From the NCBI RefSeq assembly GCF_009914755.1, contig NC_060939.1: a stretch of DNA of 64,000 nt. One strand, written 5' to 3'. Of the stretch, positions 29,686 through 53,757 are shown piece by piece (the stretch's first letter is position 1; every line of letters starts with the position of its first letter). The position numbers were made by a program, and so were the translations under genes. The DNA comes from the human T2T-CHM13v2.0 reference genome, Homo sapiens. The notes under the pieces are model-generated. The model had not been told where the DNA came from. It searched no databases and worked only from the letters and a program-made list of their open reading frames with translations.

Positions 29686-32655
29686 TGTATAGTATATTGG
29701 TTTTGTATAAGGTATAAAAAGCAAATTATTATAAAAACAATACATATGCTCAATGTGAAGAATTTTGTAAATAAAAGTTACAAAGGAGTCAATTTTTGCT
29801 GCCTTTTTCAATCTTTCAACGCATAATATGTAAATTTGCTTATTTATGCTCTATACTTCATGTTTATATCTTGTCTTTTTCACTTAATATTTTATGACTG
29901 TATTCTCATATCATTAAGTATTCTTTCCTTTAAAAATTCCCATTTAAAGATAGTCAAAGCAATATGAATTTGTTAATGATTTAGTATATGAATTGGAGAA
30001 AACATATTTTCTGCAGTCTTCTTTCTTAATGGGAGCTGACAGCCTAATGATGAAACTATATCATTCCAGCTATATTTTAAAAAATTACATAGTTGTCAAG
30101 TTTTTGTTTGACTAAGTCAGAGGGTTCATTAAAGATTGTAAGGCTGACATTCGTAGATAGGAACTTTAGTTTCACTTTCCCTAAGACAGCAAGAAATATT
30201 CTATAACAGAAAGATGACTATTTTTAGCTTTTCTTTCTGCTGGTGAGGTGGAATAGCAAATATTTTTAGAGCAATTGAAAGTACAGCCTCTTAGATTAGC
30301 TCAGTGTTTCTATCATCAGAATCTCAATTATTTTATGTATCTAGATTTTTTTTTTACTTCCAATGTTTTGAGTTTATGTAAATTGCAACATGATTCGTCT
30401 TTTTATTTTTGATCTAGTTCGTTTCTCTGTGGAACAATATAAAAGATGAAATTTCTAAAACCTTAACTTTTCTTTCTGCACTTTTTATGTATTTTGAGTT
30501 GTAATTATATTCTGCTTATTGTGGGCAGTTCTCTTCTTTCTTGGAGATGAAACTTTGATAATTAATACTTACGGGGAGATGGTGTTACAAATCTTCTCTC
30601 ATAATAGGCTCTTAATATTCACAAGAGAGATCCCCCATGACCATTGTAAGTACCCTTAATTATGAACACCACTAGAACATTTCATCTTTCCCCAAAACGA
30701 TGCCATAGGATAAGTGAAAATTTGAGGGACTTCTGTTTTTACCCTTAATGAAGGACATCTTGGTTGCTTCCAGGTTTTGGCAGTATAAATAAAGGTGCTG
30801 TAAGCATCCATGTGGAGGGCTTTATGTGGACATATGTTTTCAGCTCCTTTAGGTAAATACTAAGGAGTGTGATTGTGGGACTATATGGTAAGAGTATGTT
30901 TAGCTTTGTAAGAAACTGTCAAACTCTCTTCCACAGTACATGGTGCTATACTGTAAATGGTATTTTTTTTATTTCAGTTTCTGATTGTTTGCTGTTATTA
31001 TATGGAAATACGACTGGTTTTTGTATAGCATCTTCACCTTGCTAAATTCGATTGTTCTAGAAGCGTTTTGTAGATTCTATTGAATTTTCTACATAGGTCA
31101 TATTTTCTATGAATAGACAGTTTTACTCTTTTCCAGTCTTGATGCATTTTTCTTGCTTTATTGTGCTGGCAAGAACCTTCAGTATAATGTTGAATAGAAA
31201 TGGTAAGAGTGGATGTCACTGCCTCATTCCTAATTTTTGAGGGAAAACATTGATTCTTTCACGTCTCAGTAAAGTGTTTCCTGTAAATTTTCATAGCTGT
31301 CTATTATCGATTTGAAGATGTTTACTTCTATTCCTGGTTTCTGGAGAGTGTTTATTAGGAATGGTTGTTGGGTTTTTGTCAAATGCGTTTTCCTCATCTA
31401 TTGAGCTGTTAATATGGTGTTTCTTTTTTAGTGCGTTAATATGGTGACTTGATTTTTGAATGGTGAACCAGCCTTGTATTTTTGCAACAAATCTCCCTTA
31501 GTTATGATAAATTATTGTTTTTCCATATGGTTGGATTTTATTTGCTAAAGTTTTATTAAGAGTGTTTGCATTTATGTTCATGACAGGTAAATGGTTGGTA
31601 ATTTTTTGTCTAATAAGGTCTTGGTCTCATTTTGGTACCAAAGTAGTACTGGCTTCATAGAATGAGTTAAGCATTTCTTTCTTTTCCATTTTTTTTTGGC
31701 GAGGATGGGGAAGAGTTTGTGTAGAATCAATATTTTTTCTTGTCAGGTAGAATTCTTCAGTGTTTTGAAAACATTTATGTAGGGTTGGTATTATTTTTTT
31801 CTTAAGTATTTGGTAGAAGTCCCCCGAGAATACACATGGGCCTAGAGTTTTCTTTCAGAGAAGTTATCAAATTACAAATTCAGATTCTTGTAGGGCTATT
31901 CAGGTTATCTTTTTTCTTAAGTAAACTTTGGTAGTTTTTTGTCTTAAGACATTTGTCCATTCTTGCTGAGTTATAAGTTTTTGTCATAAAGGTACGCCAA
32001 ATATTAATAATATTCTCTTCACATCCATAGAATATGTAGTGATATAACCTCTTATTCCTGATATCGACAATCTATGTCTTTTCTTCTTTGTTCTCTTGAT
32101 TAGTCTTGCTAGAGATTTCATTTTGATTTTCAAGAAGAAACCAGCTTTTGGTGTCACTGATTTTTCTATATTTTTGTTTTTCAATTTGATTATTTTCTGC
32201 TCTGATCTTTATTATTTTCTTTCTCCTGATTCCTTTGGGTTTCATTTCTCTTCTCTTTTTTTAGTTTCTTAAGGTATAAACTGAAACCATTGATTTAAGA
32301 CCTTTTTTTTCTAATATAGGCATTTTAGAGCTGTAAATTTCTCTCTAAATACTGCTTTAGCTGTATCCCACAACTTGTGATATTTTTTGTTTTCATTTTC
32401 ATTCAGTTCAAAATATTTTGTAGTTTTCCTTTTGATATCTTTGACCCAGGGGTTATTTAGAAGTGTAATAGTTCCCAAATATTTGGGCATTTTCCTGATA
32501 TAGTTCTTGTTTTTTAAACTAACACATAAAAATTGTACATAGTTATGGCGTACAATGTGATGTTTCAGTACATGTATAAATTGTGTAGTGTTCAGGTCAG
32601 AATAATTTGCATGAGGCCTTAAACATTCATTGTCTGTTTGTGATGAGGACATTGA

Positions 32656-33037
<382 letters not shown>

Positions 33038-33595
33038 TAACTCTAGTTATGCTACCATGCGTTAGAACACGAGAATTTATCTATCTAACTGTAGCTTTGT
33101 ACTTGTGGACCAATCTCTGCCTATTTCTCTTCCCTCTGTCCTCCCCAGAGTTCTCGTACCCCTATTCTATTCTCTACTTCTGTGAGAACAGCCTTTCAGA
33201 TTCCACATGTGGATGAAATCGTGAGATATTTGTCTTACTATGCATGGCCTATTTCACTTAATGTCTTCCAGGTTTATCCGTGTTGCCACAAAAGACAGGA
33301 TTTTATTCTTTTTGTGGCTGAATAGTATTCTATCATGTCTCCATACCACATTTTCTTCATCCATTCGTCTCTCTGTGGACATTTAGGTTGATTTCATATC
33401 TTGCGATTGTGAGTAGTGCCACAATAAACATAGTTCAGATATCTTTTTCACATGCTGATTTCATTTCCTTTGGGTGTATATCCAGTAGTGGGATTGCTAG
33501 ATCATATGGTAGTTCTATTTTTAATTTTTTGAGAAACCTCCATACTGTTTTCAGTAATGACTGTACTAATTAACATTCCCACCATCATTATGTTA

Positions 33596-34015
<420 letters not shown>

Positions 34016-34648
34016 TCATAGCTCACTGCAGCCTTGACCTCCTGGGCTGAAGTGATCCTCCTGCCTTAGCCTCCCAAGTTGCTGAGACTATAGGCATGCA
34101 CCACCATGCCCTGCTAAGTCTTTTAATTTTTTTCTTTTGGAAATGGGTTGTCACTATGTTCTGCAAGCTGGTCTCTAACTCCTCGCCTCAAGCGATCCTC
34201 CCACCTCAGTCTCCTGAGTCACTGGAATTACAAGTGTGATCCACTGTGCCCAGCTGTCTTGATTTTTTGACAGTAGCCATTCTAACTGGAGTGAGGTGAT
34301 TTCTCACTGTAGTTTTGATTGATTTGCATTTCCCTTATTATTAGTGATGTTGAACATTTTTTCATATATCTGCTAGCCGTATGTATGTCTTCTTTTAAGA
34401 AATATCTAAATTCAAAGTGAATTAGAGATTTAAATGTAAGATCGGAAACTATGAAAATAGTAGGAAAAAAACATAGGAGAAAAGCTCTGTGACATTGGTC
34501 TAGACAAGGCTTAAACCTTGAAAGCACAGAGAACAAAAGCAACTATAGACACATGGCATTAAATTAAACTAAAAAGCTTCTGCACAGCAAAGGAAACAAT
34601 CAAGAGAGCACAACAACCTACAGAATGGGAGAATATATTTGCAACCTA

Positions 34649-35112
<464 letters not shown>

Positions 35113-36267
35113 TTATTTAGTTTAATTGAATTCTACTGTGGGACAGTATACTTTGTATGACTTGAATCCTCTTAAGTTAATTGAGATTTGTTTTTGACTC
35201 AGAATATGGTCTATCTTGGTAAATGTTCTGTGTGCATTTGAAAAAATACACATTCTGCTGTTGTTGAGTGGAGTGTTCTATAAATTTCAAAGATCAGATT
35301 GGTTGGTAATATTGTTCAAAGTCTTCTGTATTCTTCCAATTTCCTGTCCAGTTGTTCTATCACTTATTGAGAGAGGGATGTTAAAATCTTTGCTCATAAT
35401 TGTGGATTTGTTTATTTCTCATTGTAGTTCTATCAGTTTTTGCTTCATGTATTTGGAAGCTCTACTATTATGTACATGTCCTCTTGACCCCTTTGTCACT
35501 ATACAGTGACTCTCTCTATCCCTAGTAATATTTTTTGTTCTGAAATCTACTTTCTCTGACAGCTTTGGTTTTTGTTGTTTGCTTTTTGCTTTTGTTTTTA
35601 TTTTTTAAAGATGGGGTCTACTGTGTTGCCCAGGCTGGATTCAGACTCCTGGGCTGAAGCGATCCTTCTGCCTCAGTGTCCTGAGTAGGTGGGACTACAG
35701 GCCCATGCCACCATGCCCAGGTCATCCAGCTTTGTTTTGGTCATGGTATATCTTATCCTTCTTTGTTACCATGATGTATCTTTTCTATACTTTTACTTTC
35801 AACCAATTTGTGTTCTTATACTTAAAGTGGATTTCTTAAAAACAGGTTATAGTTGTCTTTTTTTTTTTAACTCTCTCATATCTGCCAGTCTGATAATATC
35901 AGCCTTTTAATTGGGTTATTTAGACTATTTACATTTTATGCTATTGTTGATATGGTTGCTTTTAAATTTACCATCTTGGTATTTATTTTCTTTTTGTCTT
36001 ATCTGTTATTTTATTCCTCTTTCCCCTTTTTCATATGCCTTCTCTAGGATGATTTTTTAATGATTCAATTTTTGTCTCCTTTGTTGGCTTATTAACTATA
36101 ACTCTTTGTTGTGTTATTTTAGTGGATGCTTTAGGTTTTGTAGTATACGTCTTTAATTCGTCACGACCCTACTTCAGGTGACATTTTACCACTTTACAAC
36201 AGTTCATTTTTATTTTCCCCCTCCTGGTCTTTGTGCTATTCTTGTCATACATTTTACGTCCATGTAA

Positions 36268-36531
<264 letters not shown>

Positions 36532-37460
36532 TGAGCCACCGGGCCTGACCTACTTCTATAAAAGTTTTAAACTGCAGTATGTTGTTGTTATTTTTGCTTT
36601 AAACAATCAGTTCTCTTTTGTGGATACTTAAATAAACAATTCTTTATATTTATCGATGTTGTTTCCATTTCTGATATTGTTCATTCTTTTGTGTATATCC
36701 AGATTCTAATCTGGTGTTGTTTTCCTATTCCTTGAAGGACTTTCTTTACCATTTCTTTAAAATGTAAGGACTGTGGTGAATTCTTTTACCTTTTGTATGT
36801 CTCAGAGTTTTTATTTTACCTTTGTTTTTGTAAGATGTTTTTGCTGAGTAAAGTGTTAACAGTTGACATGTTTTTTTGTTTTTTTTTTTTCTTTTGGCAC
36901 TTCAAAAATTTTACTCCACTTCTTACTCTGTTTTCTGCTTGCATTATTTTTGACAAGAAATCTGCTGTTATCTGTATGCTGTTCTATATATTTCCTTTGT
37001 CTTTTTTCTTCTGGCTGCTTTGAAGATTTTGTTTTCACTGGGTCTTAAGCAATTTGGTTATGATTTGCTTTGGTGTTGCTTTATTCTTGTTTTTTTGTGC
37101 ATAGGGTTTATTGATTGCCCTGCCTCAGCACTCCTATTTCTTTTAAATTCTCTCTTCTCTTGCTTTTTCTTCTGTATTTCTGGCCACCTCTTATCTTACT
37201 TAACCTTTAAATATTGGTGGTCCTAGGGATTCTGTTGTGTTTTGATTCCACAGGGTATTCTCAGGTCATCTCATTCACTCCCATAACTTAATCTGCTCTC
37301 TGTATGAGAGATTTCCTAATTGTTTATCTCTACCCAGACCTCTCTCTAAGCTTCAGGTTAGTATTTCTTTACAGCCATCTCTACTTAAATCCAAAGAAGC
37401 CCTATTGAACGTATTTGGAATGAATAGACCTGGAGGACAGCTCACTAAAAAACTTCAAGA

Positions 37461-37820
<360 letters not shown>

Positions 37821-38654
37821 TCAGGGGAAGCATCAAAGGGGAAAATGGCCAAGTTGATATGGTAGTTGACTTCATTGTAGTTCCACCAGAAAGACAAAAA
37901 ATAAACAAACAAAACCCTTATATCTGACAGTCGCAGGTAACATAGCGTTGAATACTGTGGTGAACAAGAAATTGAAACTATAGTTCTCAAGGGAGTTAGG
38001 CCCTAGAAGAATCACTTGTGAGCCAGAAGGGAGGAATAAGGACAAGGGAGTCCTAGGTGGCAACTATTGGATGGTTTAGAACTCTGCCAAGCTAAAAGGA
38101 TAATGTGAGATTTACCTGAACTCATGAAGTGAAATGCAATCCTAGAGGCTAGTGAGTTGCTGCTAGGAAATAACAATGAAAAAAATCCTTTCACAGTGGT
38201 TCTAAAACACTTTATAAATCCTATTTCTTTTAATTATTTAATCATTTTATTTTGGTTGGTTTTATAGGAAGAAAATGAAATGCTATTAGCTTAATTTGAT
38301 TGCCACACCAAGATGAGTAGACTCTCTTCATAAAGTGGGGAACAAATGAAAATCTTTGAAACAGAAGTGATATGATCAGCACTGTGCTTATTATATATAC
38401 CCAAAATACATTTTTGGAAGAGTAATAGTCACTATTTTTTCAAAACTTAGCAATGCAGTATCTGCAGTGATTCCCTTTCATTTAGTTTCTCATCCAACTA
38501 AATAAGCCAACTAGAGGAACCCTAAGAAAATAGAATTTTATTTTCTTTCTTGGGAAGTATCTGCAAGAATTGAGAAGCTTGGAAACATTTCTTGTAAGGT
38601 AAAAGCTGTTTTTTTTTTTTTAAGCCTAAATCTCAGAGTGTTATACATACAAAA

Positions 38655-38967
38655 TTCTTTTTATTTTTTTCTTTTTCTTTTTGAGAGAGAAGGTCTCATT
38701 CTGTCTCCCAGGCTGGAATGCAGTGGTACAAGCGTAGCTCACTGCAACCTCAAACTCCTAGGCTAAAGTGGTCCTCCTGCCTCATCCTCCCAAGTAGCTA
38801 GGACCTACTGGTGTGAGCCACCATGCCTGGCACATTTTTAAAACTTTTTGTAGAGAGTGTCTTGTAGTGTTACTCAGGCTGGTCTCAAACTCCTGGCGTC
38901 AAGCAGTCCTCCTGCCTTGGCCACCCAGAGTGCTGGGATTACAGGTGTGAGCCACCACACCTGTCCC
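38655..38967 (-). mobile_element. Alu (J-like)
   Basis: Full dimer, TSD caaaattctt. Confidence 0.9.
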
Positions 38968-40060
38968 AAAATTCTTATATGCAATTCTACATACCCTCTT
39001 ACACACAGAGACACACAAAGTTATGAGTTTACTGTTCTGGGGCATTTTTTAAATGTTAAAATTGCAACTACTACTTAGTCTCATTTTCTTGTCTATAAGT
39101 CTTGGCATATGTCATGTATCTATTTTAGAAAAGTAATTTTAAAGTTAGTAGATTAAGAAACAACATGGTTGTACTAAAAAGTGCCTTATATATAAAAAAA
39201 TCTTTCCATGGAATACCATGGAGACTATTTTTCCTTATGTTAAATAACATGGAGGAGTCTGCACTATAGGAAACAATTTGCTTAGAAACTAATTTAAAAT
39301 TACTCAGAGCCACATCTAGAAATGTAAGTGAACTCACAGGAGTAGTACCTAATTAAGTATATTCTGTGATATTATAGAAACCTTATTTATAAAAGGAAAC
39401 TTGTATAATTTCTGTCTTCAGGGCATTTATTGATAAAATAGATGTACCTTCACTACTGCTATGCTTCATTGTAAATGATAATGTTGATCTGTATTTGTAC
39501 CATGTCCAAACATAATTATAGGCGGAAAACACAGGCAACAAAGATGTGGACATAATATAAACCTAAATATAGGTATATGTATACATATGTGTGAATATAC
39601 ACACACACACACACACGTATACATATATGTACACATACGTGTGTACATATGTATACACATGCACAAAAAGATCTGAGAAAGTATATGCTAGTAATACCTT
39701 TATCTCTCTGTGTCTGTATTGTCTGAATTTTTATAATTGTGTAATCTTTATTGATAATGATGGTGGGAGGTTATTTTTATTTTGAAATGAAAAAATAACA
39801 TGGGTATTCCAGAGAATTTGAATCAGGGTATTACTCTTGCATTCTTCAACTACTGATGGCTATAACTATGTAAAGAAGTAAAACATTTCCTGTAAAGACA
39901 GTCAGAAGTTAGGAAGATCTCATCTTTATCCTGTGGACATACAGATATTTTTTCTTTGGCCCATTTACCACAGTCGTGACTTCCACTATTTCTTGGGTTG
40001 TGGTTTTTTTTGTTGTTGTTTTTTGTTTTTTTTTTTTTCATTCAAAGTTATAAATGAACA

Positions 40061-40374
40061 GCCAGGTGTGGTGGTTCACTCCTGTAATCCCAGCACTTTG
40101 GGAGGCCGAGGCTGGCGGATCACTTAAGGTCAGGAGCTTGAGACCAGTCTGGCCAACATGGTGAAACCCCATCTCTACTAAAAATACAAAATTAGCCGGG
40201 TGTGGTGGTGCATGCCTGTAATCCCAGCTACTTGGGAGGCTGAGGCATGAGAATCTCTTGAACCGGGAGGCAGATGTTGTTGTGAGCTGAGGTTGCACCA
40301 CTGCACTCCGGCCTGAGCAACAGAGAGAGACTCTGGCTCAAACAAACAAACAAACAAACAAATAAACAAAACCC
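40061..40374 (+). mobile_element. AluS with (AAAC)n tail
   Basis: TSD aaagttataaatgaa at about 40044 and 40376. Confidence 0.93.
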
Positions 40375-43300
40375 AAAAGTTATAAATGAATATAGTTTAA
40401 AATGTCAAATAGGCTCATTTTAAAAATCCCATGTTCTCATATTCTATCATTTCTGTCTTTCTAGGGGCAAGTATTTTGATCTCTTTTGGCTTTTAAAAAA
40501 ATGTATAAGTAATATGCTTGCATTGCAAATTGTTGCATTTTCAGTTTTAGGCATTGTATATTGATTTCCCACCATGGGAGATAAGATTTGGCTTATTTGC
40601 CACTCCTACCGTATAATCTGTTTGTCGCCCTGTCTTGATTATATTGTAATTTTGTTTGGATCATCCCATTTATACTTTATTATGACTATGTAAACACTAT
40701 TTGTAAGTGAGCAATGTAGTGAACTATTTTTCATTTCTTGAATACCTTTTTATTTTCCCTGTTCTGGTCATTTTCTTTTCTTTTTTTTTCCCCCTGTGTA
40801 CTTATTTCTCATTCATTGCCAAAATTTTTTTGCCACTGTGTAAATCTCCAGATGGATAAGATGAATGTCTAAATTCATGTGCATGAGGTAATTCTGTCAA
40901 TTTCATGTTCTATGAGAATTCCCTACCAGAGCCTTCTGAACTGATACTCTGCTAAACCCAAACACAGGATACTCTGTCATCTTGAGGTCTTCTTTCATTA
41001 CATCTCAGATATTATTTTGCCTCTTGCCTGTGTTAATCTTGTATTTCATAGGCCCATGTCCTGTTCTTTCTTAGTTTTCTCCCTCTTTTTAGTGTGGCAT
41101 ATCTCTTAGTAGTTCATAGGAAAAAGCTGCATGGAAGGTAATTTTTTAAATAAAGCATGCCTGAAAATGTTTTATTCTATACCCATACTTTATTTGATAA
41201 TTTGGCTGGGTGTAGACTTCAACATAAGAATAATTTTCCTTTAGAATTTTGAAGGCATTAATTTTTCCATTGCCTTCTAATTATAGTGTTGTTGAAAAGT
41301 TCAAAGTTAGGCTGGTTTCCGATTTTTTTTTTCTCCTTTTTAGAGACAGGGTCTCACTGTGTTACCCAGGCTGGAGTACAGTGGCATGATTATCGCTCAC
41401 TGCAGCCTCAAACTCCTGAGCTTAAGCCATCCTCCTGCCTCAGCGTCCTGAGTAGCCAAGTCTAAGGCCTGTGTTATCATGCCTGGCTAATTTTGTTATT
41501 TTTTGTAGAGACAGGTTTGCTATGCTGATCTAAGCTGACCTCAAATTCCTGGCCTCAAGCAATCCTCCTGCCCTAGCCTCCCAAAGTGCTGGGATTACAG
41601 GCATGAGCCACTGCGCCCCAGACCAGTTTCTGATCTTTTTCTGTAACCTGTTCTTGCCCCACCTCTCCAGAAACATGTAGGATTCTTTTTATGTGCAGTG
41701 TTCTGAAATTTTATTGCCATATGAACCAATTTTAGCCATTATATTGGGAATACAGTGGTAATCTGGAAACTTGTTCTTTACTTGTAGGAACTTGTCTTGA
41801 ATTATTTCATTAATTATTTCTTATTTCCTTCCTTCTGTTTTCTCTGTTCTCTCTTTGGAACTCCTATTCCCAGACTAACCCTCTAATTTTCAAACCTGTT
41901 TTCTTCCTCCTTGTCTTTTTGCTTTACTTTCTGGGAGATATCCTGAACTTTATTGTCCAGCCTGTCTATTGAGCTTTTCCTTTGTGCATCGTATTTTTAC
42001 CCTCCAAGAACTTTGTGTATACATATAAAATACAGATGTTTCTTTTTTTTAAACAATAACTAGTTAATTGTTTTTGTTTCTGTTTTTGAGACAAGGCTGG
42101 CTCTCACCCAGGCTGGAGTACAGTGTTGGAATCTTGGCTCACTGCAACCTCCACCTCCCGGATTCAAGTGATTCTTATGCCTCAGCCTTCCCAGGAGCTG
42201 GGATTGCAGGCGTGTCCCACCACGCCCAGCCAATTTTTGTATTTTTAGTAGAGGCGGGGTTTCACCATGTTGGCCTGACCTCAAGTGATCCACCCGCCTC
42301 AGCATCCCAAAATGCTGTAATTACAGGCATGAGCCACCGCGCCTGGCCTTGGTTAATTGTTTTATAGTTGTACCATGGTTATAAATGATAGCTTTTTTCA
42401 GAGCCTTTGGAAATTTATCTAATTGTTGCATAATCTCTGCCTGTTCCCAGCTACCTTTTTTTTTTTTGGTCATTTTGGTCACCATTATTCCACATTGAAG
42501 GCTTTCCTCTGATACTTGGTCGTGCTGGCATGTCTGTTCATTTTTTTTGACTTATTTTAATTAATTTATTTATTTTGAGATGAAATCTTGCTCTGTCACC
42601 CAATCTGGAGTGCAGTGGCATGATTTCAGCTCACTGCAACCTCTCCTGGGTTCAAGTGATTCTCCTGCCTCAGGCTCCCGAGTAGCTGGGACTACAGGCG
42701 CACCATGCTGGGCTAATTTTTGTATGTTTAGTAGGGATGGGGTTTCACTATGTTGGCCAGGCTGGTCTTGAACTCTTGACCTTGTGCTCTGCCCGCCTTG
42801 ACCTCCGAAAGTGCTGCGATTACAGGCTTGAGCCACCGCGCCTGGTCATTTTTTAAACCTGAATGTGACATCAAGCTTTATAGACCCAGTTCCAGTTTTG
42901 AATTTCTTTTTTTTTGAGCAGTTCTATCTGACTTTTGCAGGATGAAGGAAGGGCAGTTGTCCAGCTAACTAGAGAGGATGAATGGACCTGGGGATCTGAT
43001 AACTTCATAAGCAGGTTTTCAAGAAATTCCCCTTGCTTTAGCTATATTCTGTTAGCCCCACTTGTACAGGTATTTTGCATTATAAATTAGATCAGTTCTC
43101 CTATTTCACTCAGCTTCACTGCTAGTTGAGGATGCGTTTTTCTTTGGTAACTTTGTTACCACTCATATATTTGCTTTCCAGTTTCTACACTTTTGTTGCC
43201 CTCCTATTTCTTTCTCCTCATTTGGGTTTATTCTTTTACAACACAAAAACAAAACAGGCAAGCAAAGAAAAATCTTTACTGACCTTTTATTGGAATTTTA

Positions 43301-44419
43301 GGATAGAGTAAAAGAAGATGATGTGCTAAGCTAGCAATCTCTACCAAGACCACTTTTTTCCTTTTGTTTTCATTTTATTTTATTTATGTATTTATTTATT
43401 TTTGAGATGGAGTCTCGCTCTATTGCCCAGGCTGGAGTACAGTAGTGTGACCTCAGCTCGCTGCAACCTCCTCCTGCAGGGTTCAAGCAATTCTCCTGCT
43501 TCAGCCTCCCAAGTAGCTAGGATTACAGGTGCACGCCACCACGCCCAGCTAATTATTTTGTATTTTTAGTAGAGATGGGGTTTCACCATGTCAGCCAGGC
43601 TGGTTTCGAACTCCTGACTTCAAGTGATCTGTGTGCCTCAGCCTCCTAAAGTGCTAGGATTACAGGCGTGAGCTACCATGCCTGGCCTTTTTCTCCCTTT
43701 AGATCTTTTGTTTAGGCAGTTCAACTTAGCAGTCTAGAATGGGAATTTTCAAATATGGCTGCCCATTTAGAATCACCTGGAAAACTTTATTATTTACTTA
43801 TTTTTTGAGATAGGGACTCACTCTGCCGCCCATACTAGAGTGCAGTGGCCCAATCACAGCTCATTGCAGTCTCAACCTCCCAAGGCTCAGGTGATCCTCC
43901 TGCCTCAGCCTCCTGAGTAACTTGGGTTACTGGCGTGTGCCACGACGACCAGCTAATTTTTGTACTTTTAGTAGGGACAGGGTTTTGCCTTGTTGCCCAG
44001 GCTTAAATGATCCACCTGCCTCGGCCTCCCAAAGTGCTGGGATTACAGGTGTGAGCCACTGCTCCTGGCCAACCTGGAAAACCTTTAAGAAATATTATAT
44101 CTGGATCTCACAATTAGTGGGATTGGTTGTTGGCTAGGGTGTGGTTTTAGTTCTCCAAGTTATTCTGTTGTATAGCTGGATTTGAGAATTTTGATCTAAA
44201 AAAAATTTTTTTTTGGAACAAATGAGAAAAAGCAGCAGATTCTAAAAATATGACTGTTTTTTATTAGAACATCATCTGTTAAAACATTCCAGATTCTGCT
44301 AGAAGTAATAACCTTTCTCAGTGGTATTAGGAATTGAGAATGAGTTTCTCTGAAGGGTCTGTTCCTGTTTGCATTCCAACAAATGGACGCAGTATCCAAA
44401 ATTAAGTCTTCATTGGAAG

Positions 44420-50160
<5,741 letters not shown>

Positions 50161-50574
50161 CAGTTACAATAAGAGGATAATAGGTAATTCTTTTCCGATT
50201 TTCTGTGATCCAGTGTAATGCAAGGCTGCACTGGTAGGAGTACAGCACCGAGATCAAGAGAGCTAATAAACCTATGTTATGAGAGGAACACGGACTTTGG
50301 AGGCAGGAGATGTACAGATTGAGTTCCAGTTCTGAGTTTTCTACTTACAAATTTGAAGGCTTGACAAGTTAGTAATTACTCTGAACCTCAATTTCTTCAT
50401 CTGAAAAATGGTCTGATAACATTGTCTTCATGATTATTGTATGGATTAACTACTAGAAAGTAGTTAATGAAAGTAGTGTTCTACTGACATCACATCTGGA
50501 AGAATATATCAATCAACTTAGAAGCAACCTTAGATCTCAATGGCTAACAACTATTAGAAACAACTAAAGAAGAT

Positions 50575-50906
<332 letters not shown>

Positions 50907-51159
50907 CTAGCTGTAGACTGTGACTCTGCTATATGTTTTGTTTGCTCTGGGATCAAGGCAGAGGGGAAACAAAGACAGTAAAGCCTTAGGTGCCTCTTGA
51001 ACTGCTTGAAAGTGGTACACTACCACTCCTATTTCATTGACCAAGGGTAATGTCCATGGCCCTGAACATTATCCTCCCATTGGGATAGGCCAATACAGAA
51101 GGGCAACACATATTTTGAACAAATGATATGTGCTGTGACAGTGCTGTCCAGTTCTGTCA

Positions 51160-51485
<326 letters not shown>

Positions 51486-53757
51486 TAATAAGGGTGTAAC
51501 AACCTGGGGTACGTCTGGAGGAGGAAGGTTTGGACAGTGAGTAATTCTGAAATCTTTACTAAAATACAGTGGGAAGAGTCATTGGAAAGGGAGGGGCATA
51601 TTAAGTCTCTTCAAATATTTGAAGAATGGCTGTCACTGGATGGTGAGATTAGTTCAGTGCTGTGTGGCATCAGTGGGTGGAAGTTACGGCCTCATATATT
51701 TTGACTCAGTATAGTGGTAAGGAGAAAAGTGAGAAGAAAAGGAAATTATTGGTTGTTTTCAATATGTTACTCATTTACATTCTTCAAAATAATCCTAACA
51801 GAGCGTGTATGTTTCTGTGTTTAAATATTGGAAGAAAGACTCAGAGTGAATGAATACCCAAGGTCACATGGCACGTAAGTGGCAAAACCGGTTTGGAATC
51901 CAGGTCTGTGTAATCTTGTCCCTTTCTACAATATTCTACTACTCTCTGTTGGGCTGCAAGCATTTTTACAATTAAACTGTTCATCACCAGTCATCATCTG
52001 CCTGACAAAGTAAAGGCCACATCTCACACATGTCTAAAAGGGTTCAAACAGAGAATGAATGGAAAGGTTGAAAGGAAGGTTGAACTCTAGATCAATGATC
52101 TGCAAACTTATTTGATCATAAGTACCTCTTAGCAAAGTACTTGTACATACTATATATGTAGCTTATACATAAACTATTGTACTCATATGTTGTAAAGCAT
52201 ATAGGACATTCCCAGTACGAAGAAATGGTAAACATTTGGGATGATGTGTGTGCTAATTCCCTTGATCTGATCGCTATATACTGTATGTGTCAAAACATCA
52301 CCGTGAACCCCATTAATATGTATAATTATTATTTGTCAGTTAATTTTTTTAACCTATAGGAAAAATAAGAGTTTAAAAAGATTAAGATTTTATATAACAT
52401 TTTAGTTTTTTTATAAATTAGATTTCAGGTTTTATGTAAAATCTCATCTTTATAAAACTTTGTTTTGCAGATAGATACTTTTTTCTGTATCCCTGTGGAC
52501 TGTCTTTTGTACCCATGGAAATGTATACCCCCAACATTGGAGGTCATTGTTTTGGATGATTTTGTAAGACTCATTTCAGTATGAAGATTCTGTAATTCTT
52601 TTTGTCCAGAATTTTTTTGAAAGGGCTAATGGTAGCTTACTTCACTTTCAGAAAGGTTTTTAAATAGTTTTATCTAAAACCAAAACTATAGACTTCACTG
52701 TCATTTGTAACAGCAATTAAGCCCAAAAACTACAAAGTGTGAAAGGTGCTATTCTAGATAAACAGTAGCAACCCCATGAGCATTACAATGTATATATAAA
52801 TGGAGATGGAAGTGTAGGGGCTATTATTAAGTAAGAAACCTGATTTTTATTTGTGACATAAGAAATAGCCTTGTTATTTTAGTTATATCTTCTCTTTCTA
52901 AACCTATATATATCCAAAACTTACTGTAGTCATATATTCTAAAATGCATCTGAAATTTTGCCTAGAGAGTAATATGAATTTTTGGACTTGAGAAATTATT
53001 TTAGCACTTTTTAAAAATAGAGCCAACGATTTAAATTAGGCTAAGTCTACTGGACTAAAATCTTGATAGAGATACATCCTCTAAGAAGCAAAGAAGTTAG
53101 TTACTTGCATTGCCTGACAGAGGGAAATGTTAGCTGGTTTTCTACATTCTGGGCCTTAGTTATTGGCATTGCCAGGTTGATGTTTCACAATTAAGACAAC
53201 TTTTTCTGTTAGTGACTGCTCCTTGGTGATAGATTCTTTAAGAAAAAGCCATCCTAGAACACATAAAGCAGAAAGCAAACCTAGCCTTTTAAAGATACTG
53301 TTAATGTTGAGATAGAATTCTAGATCAACAAGTGCTCTTTTCTATTTCTTTCTCTTAATGATACGTTTGGTATCGACTTTTTGCGTGACATATTGCAGTT
53401 TGGTTGGAAGTTGTAAAGGAAGTGTTTCTTGCAAGTATGATCAAACTCAGTTTAAGCAAGAGATTGAAACAGCCAACTTCAGCTGCTTATTCAGCACAGG
53501 CCTTAAGTGCCCCAGAAGCCGATAGTTTCTTAATAATAACTCTTAGTGATCATTTTCTTCTAGAAAATTACCCTGGAAAAGTAGTATAAATAGTTTAATC
53601 TGCTATTTCTTAAAATTTTGTATTCCTTTACTCATTCAACAAATAAATAGTATTCAGTGCTTCTTTGTGCCAAGCACTGAGGGCTCATTAGTGAGCAAAA
53701 GGGATATTAACCACTGTTTTAAAAAAAAAAATGTATCTAACATGTACTAAAAGCCAA